Under the pieces are notes generated by a model. The model was given only the letters and a program-made list of their open reading frames with translations, was not told the origin of the DNA and did not search any database. Source: a virus (taxonomy: Duplodnaviria > Caudoviricetes). From it: a stretch of 39,072 nt of DNA. Location of the stretch: IMG/VR virus record IMGVR_UViG_3300016636_000214, positions 1 to 39,072 of that record; one strand, given 5' to 3'. The translations under genes were made by a program, and so were the position numbers. Positions 8,261-16,619 of this stretch are shown here, piece by piece; position 1 is the stretch's first letter, and each line of letters starts with the position of its first letter.

Positions 8261-10984
8261 TTAAACGAGCTGGAACAGCCAGCAGCGCACTGTCCTCGCG
8301 GAGCCGTGGGTGTCGAGGGCAATGGCTGAGTTGATCGGCTTGTTGGTTTCCAGGAACTTGGGCGACTTGCTGGTCTTGAGCACGCGCTTGAGCTCGCTCA
8401 GGTTCGGCAGCTGCTGGCGCTTATTGGCCGCTGTCTCGACGAACTCGTTGAGGTTGACGGCGAAAAAGGCCGACTTGCGGGAGTGGTTCAGCTTGCCGCC
8501 GGGCTCGCCCAGAGGGCCGTTGAGGAACTCGACCATGTCCCAGAACTCACGCACGAGTGGGTGGTCGGCGTTGATGGCTTCCTGACGTTCCTGAGCCATA
8601 CGTTCCACTTCGGCATGTACCAAGGCGGCACGCTCGTCGCTCAGCGGAACGACGAGCTGCAGGGCATCCACCAGGCTGCGTAGTTGGGCGTGGTTCTTGG
8701 CGATACGCACAGTGCGGATGCCCGGCAGCGCCAGGAGCTGCTGCTCGTAGCCGGAGGTACGCTCGTCCAGCAGCTTGAGGACCTTAGCCTCGGGCTGCAG
8801 CGCCTTGATGATGAAGCCGCTGAGCTGCTCTACCGGCATGCGCTCCAGGCGCTCGGCGAAGAGCTTGGTCTCCGGTGTCTGGTGTTCGCGGGTCAGATGC
8901 ACATGGCCCAGGCGCTGGAGGATCGGCTCGGAGGCGTTGACGGCGTTGTTCTGCGCGATCAGCAGAGCGCCACGGAACGGTGGTTCGCGGGTGTCGTTAC
9001 CGTTGTTCTTCACACCGGTGGAGCGCACGCTGCGGCCGTTGTAGGCGGTCTTGAGCTCGTCCCAGTCGAAGTGCTTCACCGGGGCGCCTTCCTTCTGTTC
9101 GCGCTCGGACTCAATCAGAACGACCGGCAGGTTGCCGACCTGGGCGAAGTTCCGCGCGCGGCTGGCTGGAGTGGCCTTGGACGGGTCGAAGCCTTCGTAT
9201 TCGACGCGGCCGGTGAGCTTCCATAGCAGCTCCACCAGCGTGGTCTTGCCGGACCCGGCTTCGCCGATCAGCTCCAGGAACAGGTAGGACTTGTGCAACT
9301 GGCGGATTTGCTCGGCATACAGGGCGCCCAACCACCAGGTCAGCACGATCACGCCGCGCACCCCAAAACACCGCCAGAACAGCTCGAACCACTCCTCGTT
9401 GTAGTCGGCCAGGTCGGCGTTTATGTGCATGATCGGCGACATGCTCTGCGACTTGATACTCAGCTTGCCTGCGTCGAAAAAGTCTTCTTCGTTGAGCTTG
9501 TGCACCTTGCCGCCGGCGATGGCCAATTCGTTGAACACATAGACGCCGTGCTCACGGGTGTAGCCGATCCAGTCGATGGTGTTGACGGTCTTGAGGTTGT
9601 CGAGCTGGAAGCCGAGCATGCGTTCCAACTGTTGCGGAGTTCCGGTGAACATGGCTCCGTTGCACTCGTTGAGTAGGCGCTTTTTGAACTCCGGTGCGGC
9701 AGTTATCTGCGAGGCGGTGAACGTTGTCTTGATGGCCTGGGTGTCTGGTCGATCTACGCGGAAGTAGTACCAGGCCTCCTGGGTCACGTCGTTGCGCATG
9801 TAGTACAGCGCCTGGAAAGTGCAGTTGGCGATGCGTACCACGGCTGTGCTCTGGCGCAGCGCCTTGTCCCGACGCTGCTTGTCGCTGAGCAACTGGTCTT
9901 CTTGGCGCTCGGAGCCTTCCAGCTCACGGGAGGCGCGCTCGTACTTTTCCAGGTCCAGGTTGAACCAGTACAGGCGGGAGCGGTACGTAAAATGGAATTC
10001 CTTGCGCTCGTCCCACTCGTACATGAGCAGGCCCTTTTCCTCGGCCGAGTCGGCCAGCAGCAGGGCGCCCTGGTGGCGGGCCTCGTCGAGGTCTTGCTCG
10101 ATGCGCTTGGCGCGCTCGTCGTCGCCCTCGATGAAGGCCCAGCGCTGATGCAGGTCATTCCAGTCGACCTTCTTTGCGCCGCGCTGCGGGATGACAGCAG
10201 CGTCGCACTTGAAGCCTAGTGCGCGGGCCTCCTTGGCCCAGCGGCGCATGTTGGCCTTGGCCACAGGCTCGTTATCCAGCGCCCAGACCAGGCGTGGTAG
10301 GTGCTTGTCCGCTTCCTGGCATGCCTTCTTGAGGGCGCGGAGCGACTCTTCGGGGAAGGGGGCGCTGCTCATCATGGAGACGGCAGGGGTGTCGTGGTGC
10401 AGCAGGGCGATGGCGTCGAAGATGCCCTCGACAATGTATAGCTCGTCGACGTCCACCAGCGTGAGGGAAGGCGGGCACCACCAGAAGCCTTTATAGCTCT
10501 CGCCCGGTTTGAAGCGGGCCTTCTGTTTGCCGAAGCGCTCGGGGCGGTCGATCAGTCTTTCCCAGTAGCCGCCCTTGTCCAGAGGGAAGCGCACGGTGGC
10601 GCTGCCGGCGCCGATATCGCGGCTCCAGTAGTTTTCCTGAGTGAACCAGCCGTCAATTAGCTCGAGGCGGAATCCCCGGGCAAACTGAAGGTAGGCGCGC
10701 GCGGTGGCGGTTGGTTCCTCTGCGGTGGACGGCGCCTGCTCGCTCCAGTCGTTGAACAGGTCGCTGTAGAGGTCCTTGACGTGGACTCGGTGGTTGCACG
10801 CTTCCGGCCGGCCGCAGATCAGCATCCAGGGCGAGTCGTGGAAGGTGTACAGGGTGTTCTTGCCGCACTTATGCGCCGGGCATCTGCCCTTGCGCATGTA
10901 GTTTGTACCGGTCATGTGCTTGAGACCGAAGTCGGACTCAATCCGGCGGAGCACCTCGCCCCTGAGTTTCTCTTGCATCGTCAT
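8261..10984 (-). CDS. Zn-finger/Toprim primase fused to a P-loop helicase (replication protein)
   Basis: CPAHKC...CGRPEAC; Toprim IVEGIFDAIAL...ALDNE; Walker A GEAGSGKTT. Confidence 0.9.
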   Translation of the reverse strand: MTMQEKLRGEVLRRIESDFGLKHMTGTNYMRKGRCPAHKCGKNTLYTFHDSPWMLICGRPEACNHRVHVKDLYSDLFNDWSEQAPSTAEEPTATARAYLQFARGFRLELIDGWFTQENYWSRDIGAGSATVRFPLDKGGYWERLIDRPERFGKQKARFKPGESYKGFWWCPPSLTLVDVDELYIVEGIFDAIALLHHDTPAVSMMSSAPFPEESLRALKKACQEADKHLPRLVWALDNEPVAKANMRRWAKEARALGFKCDAAVIPQRGAKKVDWNDLHQRWAFIEGDDERAKRIEQDLDEARHQGALLLADSAEEKGLLMYEWDERKEFHFTYRSRLYWFNLDLEKYERASRELEGSERQEDQLLSDKQRRDKALRQSTAVVRIANCTFQALYYMRNDVTQEAWYYFRVDRPDTQAIKTTFTASQITAAPEFKKRLLNECNGAMFTGTPQQLERMLGFQLDNLKTVNTIDWIGYTREHGVYVFNELAIAGGKVHKLNEEDFFDAGKLSIKSQSMSPIMHINADLADYNEEWFELFWRCFGVRGVIVLTWWLGALYAEQIRQLHKSYLFLELIGEAGSGKTTLVELLWKLTGRVEYEGFDPSKATPASRARNFAQVGNLPVVLIESEREQKEGAPVKHFDWDELKTAYNGRSVRSTGVKNNGNDTREPPFRGALLIAQNNAVNASEPILQRLGHVHLTREHQTPETKLFAERLERMPVEQLSGFIIKALQPEAKVLKLLDERTSGYEQQLLALPGIRTVRIAKNHAQLRSLVDALQLVVPLSDERAALVHAEVERMAQERQEAINADHPLVREFWDMVEFLNGPLGEPGGKLNHSRKSAFFAVNLNEFVETAANKRQQLPNLSELKRVLKTSKSPKFLETNKPINSAIALDTHGSARTVRCWLFQLV

Positions 10985-10993
10985 GGAGTTGCC

Positions 10994-11227
10994 TTACTGA
11001 TTGGCGGCAAGGGCGGCTTGCAGCGCGCCGATGGTGCGTTTGTGGCCGGCAAGGGCCGGGTAGTCGTCGAGGATGCGGTTGCTGCGCAGGCCAGCCGGGA
11101 CGGTTCGGTAGCGGTCGTCATACCAGTGCTCGGTCATGCTCCGGCGCAGCTCGGCGCGCAGGCTGCTGAGCAGCGCTTCAGCCCAGGGTTTGGGCAGGTC
11201 CAGCTGGATCGCAACGGCGTTTTGCAT
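10994..11227 (-). CDS. Phage hypothetical protein, 77 aa
   Basis: GAGGAGG RBS; in the early operon. Confidence 0.75.
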   Translation of the reverse strand: MQNAVAIQLDLPKPWAEALLSSLRAELRRSMTEHWYDDRYRTVPAGLRSNRILDDYPALAGHKRTIGALQAALAANQ

Positions 11228-11293
11228 GGCGCCTCCTCGGATTGCGGGTGCAACTTCCCCAAACCCACGGGAGTGGGGCTGGGCTTTTGTGGG

Positions 11294-11653
11294 TTAGCGT
11301 GGGGTCGGGTTGGCCAGTTCTTGCAGGAAGCTATGCAGCCTGTTCGAGCTCGGCACCGGAACGATCTTGTTGGTGCGGCGGTCGTGGAAAACGCAAAAGT
11401 CCGGGCCGCTGGCCATGTCTATGCCGATCCAGCGGCTGCCCTTCAAACGCTCGCTCATGGCCAGGTGGACGAGGCGGTCGGCCATGAACACGGGCACGTC
11501 CCACACGTCGACCAGGTGGTTGACGGCGCGGTCGAACAGACTGTCGTCGTGCAGGTGTTCCTGCTGGTGGCGCTCGATGAAGGCAGCGGCGTTGCTCTGC
11601 ATGCCTGTGCGGTAGTCGTTTAGCTGTGGGGCTGTGGACTGGGCGAGTTCCAT
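11294..11653 (-). CDS. Phage hypothetical protein, 119 aa
   Basis: GGAGG RBS; starts 3 nt after the ogr stop. Confidence 0.75.
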   Translation of the reverse strand: MELAQSTAPQLNDYRTGMQSNAAAFIERHQQEHLHDDSLFDRAVNHLVDVWDVPVFMADRLVHLAMSERLKGSRWIGIDMASGPDFCVFHDRRTNKIVPVPSSNRLHSFLQELANPTPR

Positions 11654-11656
11654 GGC

Positions 11657-11959
11657 TTAGGCCTCCAGGATCGCGAGCATGTCGAGTTGGTTGGTTTTCT
11701 CAGCGCTGTCGCGGATGGCTTGCCTACGTTTTACCGAGGGGGCAACCGGGAGGCGGACCCGGGGCCGGTCCAGACCCGAGGTGGTTAGCTCGTACTCCCA
11801 CGACAGGGAGCCGCCATAGGTGGCGCCGCATCCTAGGTTGGTGCACTCGCCATACATGGTCTTGAAGATGGGCGTCTGCTCTTCCGAATTGCGGATACGC
11901 ATCCGGCTGCCGCAGGCCGGGCATAGACACTTGTAACCGCCGCCGTGATTGGTGCTCAT
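11657..11959 (-). CDS. ogr: Ogr/Delta-family zinc-finger late activator
   Basis: CPACG...IRNS...YGECTNLGCGATY. Confidence 0.9.
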   Translation of the reverse strand: MSTNHGGGYKCLCPACGSRMRIRNSEEQTPIFKTMYGECTNLGCGATYGGSLSWEYELTTSGLDRPRVRLPVAPSVKRRQAIRDSAEKTNQLDMLAILEA

Positions 11960-12073
11960 GAACTCTCCCCGCCGCGAGTGCGGCATTGGCCGAAGCCGAA
12001 AAATGCGACGCTTCGTGCGCCTACTTCTGTTCCTGATTGCCCGGGTTTTCCGGTGCAGCCTTGGGCACGGCGC

Positions 12074-12616
12074 TTACTGCGTTACGGGGAACAGTTCGCC
12101 GTTTTCTGGCTTGGCACGGCCCACGCTCTCCAGTGCGGGTACTGGCAGGGCCAGTAGGTGGCAGTGCTGGGCCAGCTGCGCGTGCAGCGTGGCGCGGATG
12201 GCCGGGCCGGTTTCCGCCTTGAGTTGGCTGAGCAGTTTGGGCACCTGGCGGTGGACGGCGAGCTGCTGCGACACACTGAGGTAGGAGGCACCACGGTTTT
12301 CGCGTGCCTGGCGCTCCATGGCGATGAAGTATCGGCGCACCTGGCGGCCCTGGTCGTTGTTCTCGACCATGGCCAGTTCCTTAGCCATATCCAGATTGAG
12401 GTGGTACTCGGTGGCAGGTCGACCACCGGTACTTTTTGCCAAAAATGGCAAAAAGTCCTCGCCTTCGACGAAGCCATATTGCTCGACCCGCTCCTTAATC
12501 CAGTTGCTGAAAAAGCGACCTACGCCGAGAAAGGTGTGCAGGTCGCGTGCATCGCACAACTGCTGCGCGCGGCCATCGAGTTCGCCGTTGAATACCGGAA
12601 TCAGTTGCTGGGTCAT
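12074..12616 (-). CDS. AntA/AntB antirepressor
   Basis: DARDLHTFLGVGRFFSNWIKERVEQYGFVEGEDF...MAKELAMVENNDQGRQVRRYFI. Confidence 0.9.
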   Translation of the reverse strand: MTQQLIPVFNGELDGRAQQLCDARDLHTFLGVGRFFSNWIKERVEQYGFVEGEDFLPFLAKSTGGRPATEYHLNLDMAKELAMVENNDQGRQVRRYFIAMERQARENRGASYLSVSQQLAVHRQVPKLLSQLKAETGPAIRATLHAQLAQHCHLLALPVPALESVGRAKPENGELFPVTQ

Positions 12617-13089
12617 GCTTGGTTTCCTTGTTGGCGGTGCAGGGTGATCACGGCGCCAACCTCGGCATGCCGTGCGGCGATGTGTTCACGGTGGGCGGCG
12701 ACGATTTCGGCCAGCTCGGCCTCCTCCAGGCGGCCATCGCGTAGGGCGTGGGCGATGATCTGGTTGACCTTGCCTTCGGCCACGTCGGCGGCTAGGGCGC
12801 GGGCATAGAGGTCAAGGTTGTCCAACTCGGTATCCGCCGGCATGGGCACGAAAACCCCGTTGTAAAGGCGGCATATGTAGTCCGGAAGCAAGTTGGTGCC
12901 GGTGACTTGCTCCAGCAGGTAAATCTGCTCGTCGGCCAGCGGACGGTGGCCATTGCTCTCATAGGCCTGGTTGTCAAACTTCTTCAACTCCAGGCCCAAC
13001 TGTGCGGCGGCGCATTCGCGGCCGCCCGGGTAGGCGTTGATCAGGGCGCTCATCACCTTGCGGCGGCTGGTTAGAACGGGGCGTTTCAT
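12613..13089 (-). CDS. CII/YmfL-like phage regulatory protein
   Basis: AYPGGRECAAAQLG HTH-like start, GVFVPMP; located after the cro-like gene. Confidence 0.75.
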   Translation of the reverse strand: MKRPVLTSRRKVMSALINAYPGGRECAAAQLGLELKKFDNQAYESNGHRPLADEQIYLLEQVTGTNLLPDYICRLYNGVFVPMPADTELDNLDLYARALAADVAEGKVNQIIAHALRDGRLEEAELAEIVAAHREHIAARHAEVGAVITLHRQQGNQA

Positions 13090-13124
13090 CTTCTCGTTTC
13101 TCTCGGTGGTGCTGGCCCGTAGGG

Positions 13125-13361
13125 TCAGCTGGCCTTAGCGAAGGTGTGATTTAGCAGGCCGGGGATCAGCTCAGCGCCAATCTGCTGGGACAGGTCGCGC
13201 ATGATTGAGAAGGCGATGCGGCCGTTGGGCAGGGTGGCGGAGCCGGCCCAGCGGGCGACTGTCTGAGTGACGGTGCGCGGGTCGTAACCCTTGGCCAAAG
13301 CGAACTGGCGGAATGACAGGTCCTGCTCGATGAGGCGGGCGCGGATTTGGTTGGGGTTCAT
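13125..13361 (-). CDS. Cro/Ner-like DNA-binding protein
   Basis: Short HTH (LSFRQFALAKGYDPRTV); divergent from cI; AAGGAG RBS. Confidence 0.75.
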   Translation of the reverse strand: MNPNQIRARLIEQDLSFRQFALAKGYDPRTVTQTVARWAGSATLPNGRIAFSIMRDLSQQIGAELIPGLLNHTFAKAS

Positions 13362-13405
13362 GGCTTGCTATCTCCTTTATGGGTAAGCTGTACTCATTGC
13401 GCATA

Positions 13406-13434
13406 AGGATATTTATGCGAAAAGGATAAGTCAA
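13406..13434 (-). promoter_or_regulatory. Early lytic sigma70 promoter in the lysis/lysogeny switch
   Basis: TTGACT-N17-TATCCT on the minus strand, in the AT-rich divergent intergenic region. Confidence 0.75.
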
Positions 13435-13451
13435 CATGGTTTTTGTTTGAA

Positions 13452-13868
13452 ATGCATAAAGACTCATTGGATGCCGTGCTTCGCCGGATGATGGGCTACT
13501 TCGGGGTTACCACCGATAGCGCCCTTTCAAGGGTGCTTTCTGTGAATCGGCAAACACTCGCGGGCTGGCGGAAGCGAGACAGTGTCCCTTATGGGGAATG
13601 CATAAAATTCTGCGAGATGCATGGCATCAGCCTCGACTGGCTGTTGACTGGGGACGGTCAGATGTTGCGCAGCGAGGTCGGCCAAGTGGCCCCGGCGAGC
13701 ACCGAGAACCCCCGCGAAGAGGCTTTGCTGGCTTTATGGCGAGAGCTGGACGAAGACGCCCAGCGAGAAATACAGCTTGCTGCTGAGGAAAAGAAACGCT
13801 TGAAAACACTGGAACAACGCCTCCAGGAGTTGGAGGCCGTTGTCGCTTCTGGTAAAAAACTGGCGTGA
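13452..13868 (+). CDS. cI: CI-like repressor (186-type HTH, no S24 peptidase domain)
   Basis: DSALSRVLSVNRQTLAGWRKRDSVPY...ISLDWLLTGDG. Confidence 0.88.
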   Translation: MHKDSLDAVLRRMMGYFGVTTDSALSRVLSVNRQTLAGWRKRDSVPYGECIKFCEMHGISLDWLLTGDGQMLRSEVGQVAPASTENPREEALLALWRELDEDAQREIQLAAEEKKRLKTLEQRLQELEAVVASGKKLA

Positions 13869-13905
13869 ACTGTTCCCATTGGGAACGGATAGCAGGAGCT
13901 AGGTA

Positions 13906-14223
13906 ATGGACGGCGAAGACTTTTACGACGAGCTTTTCAAGAACGCACAGCGGCTGAACGGCGTGCCATATCTAAGTCGTTGTAACCGCATTGAAGAGGT
14001 CGTCGAGATGGAACGCTTCATAAGGGAGGTTGCTGCGGCGGGCTTGGAGACGTGCTTGCGCGGGCTTTTTTACGACTCTAAGGCTGACCTCTGCCAAATC
14101 GAAACTGTCGGCGGGCTTACTCAAGATGATCCCGATGCGGTTGCCCTTTTCCAGTTTGCCCGCAAGCACGTGGAACAATTCGACCTGCTCGGCCGCATTG
14201 GCCACGGTGGTGGTTTCGTCTGA
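13906..14223 (+). CDS. Moron hypothetical protein, 105 aa
   Basis: AGGAG RBS; co-oriented downstream of cI; lower GC. Confidence 0.75.
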   Translation: MDGEDFYDELFKNAQRLNGVPYLSRCNRIEEVVEMERFIREVAAAGLETCLRGLFYDSKADLCQIETVGGLTQDDPDAVALFQFARKHVEQFDLLGRIGHGGGFV

Positions 14224-14248
14224 CCCTATCTTGAGTTCCGGAAACCCT

Positions 14249-14800
14249 ATGCGCCGTCCTGTACCCGCCCCATCAGCCGCTCTTCATACAATTGAACTCT
14301 GCAAGCGTATTGTTTCTAGTGGGCTGCCAGTATCTGTTCCCCATTTGCCGCTGGCTGGCAAGCCACAGTTGGAGTGCTTCCAGACGGTGGCCGAATATGT
14401 TGCGGAGCACGGCGGCGAGAGCGTGATTGGCTGGGCTATCTGGGAAGTCCCTGGCGTTTATATCGAGGCTGAGTTTCACAGCGTTTGGAAGACTTCTGAT
14501 GGGGTGTTACACGACCTCACACCTAGACCGATTCCGCTCGACTCCATCCTATTCCTGCCCGACCCTGATCGGGAGTATCGCGGCAGGCAAGTGGACAATG
14601 TCCGACAGCCGCTGGTGCATGATCGAGATGTTTTCCGGTATCTGTACCTAGCTAGGCGGATTTTCGAGCTGACCAATGCAGGCCCGCTGGCAGAACAACA
14701 TGGCGAAATCAGCTTGCCGCCCAAGGCAGCTAAGGAATATTGGAAAGTGATGGACGAGTTTGGAAAGCTTCAGGCGCGGCTTGACCGGCGCTATCCGTGA
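14249..14800 (+). CDS. Moron protein with putative Cys-His-Asp triad (transglutaminase/papain-like), 183 aa
   Basis: ECF...GWAIWE...EAEFHSVW...DLTP; start codon uncertain. Confidence 0.65.
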   Translation: MRRPVPAPSAALHTIELCKRIVSSGLPVSVPHLPLAGKPQLECFQTVAEYVAEHGGESVIGWAIWEVPGVYIEAEFHSVWKTSDGVLHDLTPRPIPLDSILFLPDPDREYRGRQVDNVRQPLVHDRDVFRYLYLARRIFELTNAGPLAEQHGEISLPPKAAKEYWKVMDEFGKLQARLDRRYP

Positions 14801-14892
14801 TTCCAAGAAATATGCCGACGGCCCCAGAGCGTGGTGTTTGTAGATAGTCGCTTGCCTTCTGCGCATCCTGACCTCTGGTGAACTTCTAGTTT

Positions 14893-16164
14893 TCATGTCT
14901 TTGACCCCTGCATGCGCTTCCACTCTCGATCGAGCGCACGCTTGGCTGATGCCTTGCTCTGGTAGAGGTGGGTGAGGCGGCGAGGCTTGGTTTGGTCGCC
15001 CTCGGTGACCTTAAGCTGCTGGCCGGTCTTCTCGTCGCGGTACCAGGTTACAAGGCCGGTGTAGTCGCCGTCGTCATCGGCTAAGTCGCCCAGTTCGTCG
15101 CCGTCTGGTAGTTGGGACTCAAGCTCCATAGAGGTGGTGAGGCTGTCGGGCGTGAAGCTGTGGCGCAGATTGCCGCCGAGCCAGATGATGGCGGCGATTT
15201 CCGCCTTGATGCCGGTGAGGCTGTAGGTCTGATCCGGGATCAGCTCCGGACGGCCCCTGGCCAGGGTGTAGCTGAGTGTGGCGGTGCCGCGCTGCAGGCG
15301 GTTCCACTCTGCACGGGCGGCCTGCAATGCGCTGGCCTGGTCTGTGAAGCTGTGGCGCAATTCTTTGATGTTCTCGCCGCCGCCGGCGATGGCCTCTTTC
15401 TTCTCCGCGCTGTTCACCTCGTAGTAATAGGCTTTCACGCCGGTATAGGAGTCGCGGTCGGCCTGCAGGAAGCGGTGCTGATCGCCGTCTGCCCGGGTGA
15501 GTGTGACGTGGGGCAGGGATAAGCCGCTTGCGGTAGTGGCCTTGCCGGTGGGCAGGAATAGCAGGCGGTCGGCCTTCACGGTGGCGATGGCATCATGCTC
15601 TCGGCCGAGACGACTGAGCAGGTTGGCGTCTGACTCGTTGGCTTGGTCCAAGTGCAGCAGCTCGATACCGGCGAGCACGGCGCTGACCACGGGGGTGAGG
15701 CCCTGGGCGGTGGCGATGGCACCGATGACCGTGCCCAGGGTGGTGGCGTCGAAGCTGCGTTCTTTCTTTGCCTTGAGGCCGCCGCGTAGGTCCGCGCTGC
15801 GGGCGCGGATGCTGAGCGTGTCCGGTGCGCCGCTGTGCTCGGTTTCGTCCACGGTAAAGCTGCCCTTGTCGATCAGGCCGGTGTCATCCCAGCCCAGCCA
15901 GAGGCGCACGGTGGCGCCCCGAGGGGGGATGGCGAGCAGACCGTCGTGGTCGCTGAGGGTGATGTCGAGCTGATCGGCCTCCAGTCCCCGGTTGTCGGTG
16001 AGCTCGATGCTGATCAGGCGCGGTTGCTGCCCGCCGAGCAGCAGGGCGGTGATGTCGTTTCCGTTGACCACGACCTTGCAGATCGGCCGCGGATAGGCAG
16101 TGAGCTCGCGGTACTTCTGGCCGGCTTGGCCGAGTAGCTCACTGGCTTGATTCAGTAGGCTCAC
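14893..16164 (-). CDS. D: P2 gpD-like baseplate/tail protein
   Basis: TDNRGLEADQLDI...IDKGSFTVDETEHSGAPD; GTGA overlap with U. Confidence 0.93.
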   Translation of the reverse strand: MSLLNQASELLGQAGQKYRELTAYPRPICKVVVNGNDITALLLGGQQPRLISIELTDNRGLEADQLDITLSDHDGLLAIPPRGATVRLWLGWDDTGLIDKGSFTVDETEHSGAPDTLSIRARSADLRGGLKAKKERSFDATTLGTVIGAIATAQGLTPVVSAVLAGIELLHLDQANESDANLLSRLGREHDAIATVKADRLLFLPTGKATTASGLSLPHVTLTRADGDQHRFLQADRDSYTGVKAYYYEVNSAEKKEAIAGGGENIKELRHSFTDQASALQAARAEWNRLQRGTATLSYTLARGRPELIPDQTYSLTGIKAEIAAIIWLGGNLRHSFTPDSLTTSMELESQLPDGDELGDLADDDGDYTGLVTWYRDEKTGQQLKVTEGDQTKPRRLTHLYQSKASAKRALDREWKRMQGSKT

Positions 16165-16613
16165 AGCAGACCCCCGAGAGCACCGCGCAGGATGCCGCCG
16201 ACCGAGCCGATGAGACTGCCTAGCATGTCGATGCGGCCGTCGTCGATGCGCTTGAGGCTGATGGTGAACTCGTAGCGGCGCGGTGTGCCGTCCTCGAAGA
16301 ATACCTGCTGCGTCTCGCTGATCGAGGTGATGACCCAAGTGCCGTAGATGCGGCCGGTGCCGCCGATCAGGGGCCACGCCTTTCCGGTGTCGGCCATCTT
16401 GCGCAGCACGTCAAGGCTGAGGGGCGAGCCGACCAGGCCGGGCAGCAGGGTGCCGGGCAGCGTGATGGTGTCCTCGCCGCGGCCCAGGAACTGGCTGGCC
16501 GGGTTGGTACCGATGCGGCTGGTGGAAGCGTGGCGCCATTCAGTGGTGCGCTGAAGCTCCTGGTAGGCGAGCGTTGGCAGTCCGAAAACGAACATGCCGA
16601 GAGTCATCATCAT
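16161..16613 (-). CDS. U: P2 gpU tail protein
   Basis: MMTLGMFVFGLPTLAYQELQR...FFEDGTPRRYEF. Confidence 0.93.
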   Translation of the reverse strand: MMMTLGMFVFGLPTLAYQELQRTTEWRHASTSRIGTNPASQFLGRGEDTITLPGTLLPGLVGSPLSLDVLRKMADTGKAWPLIGGTGRIYGTWVITSISETQQVFFEDGTPRRYEFTISLKRIDDGRIDMLGSLIGSVGGILRGALGGLL

Positions 16614-16619
16614 GGTGGT

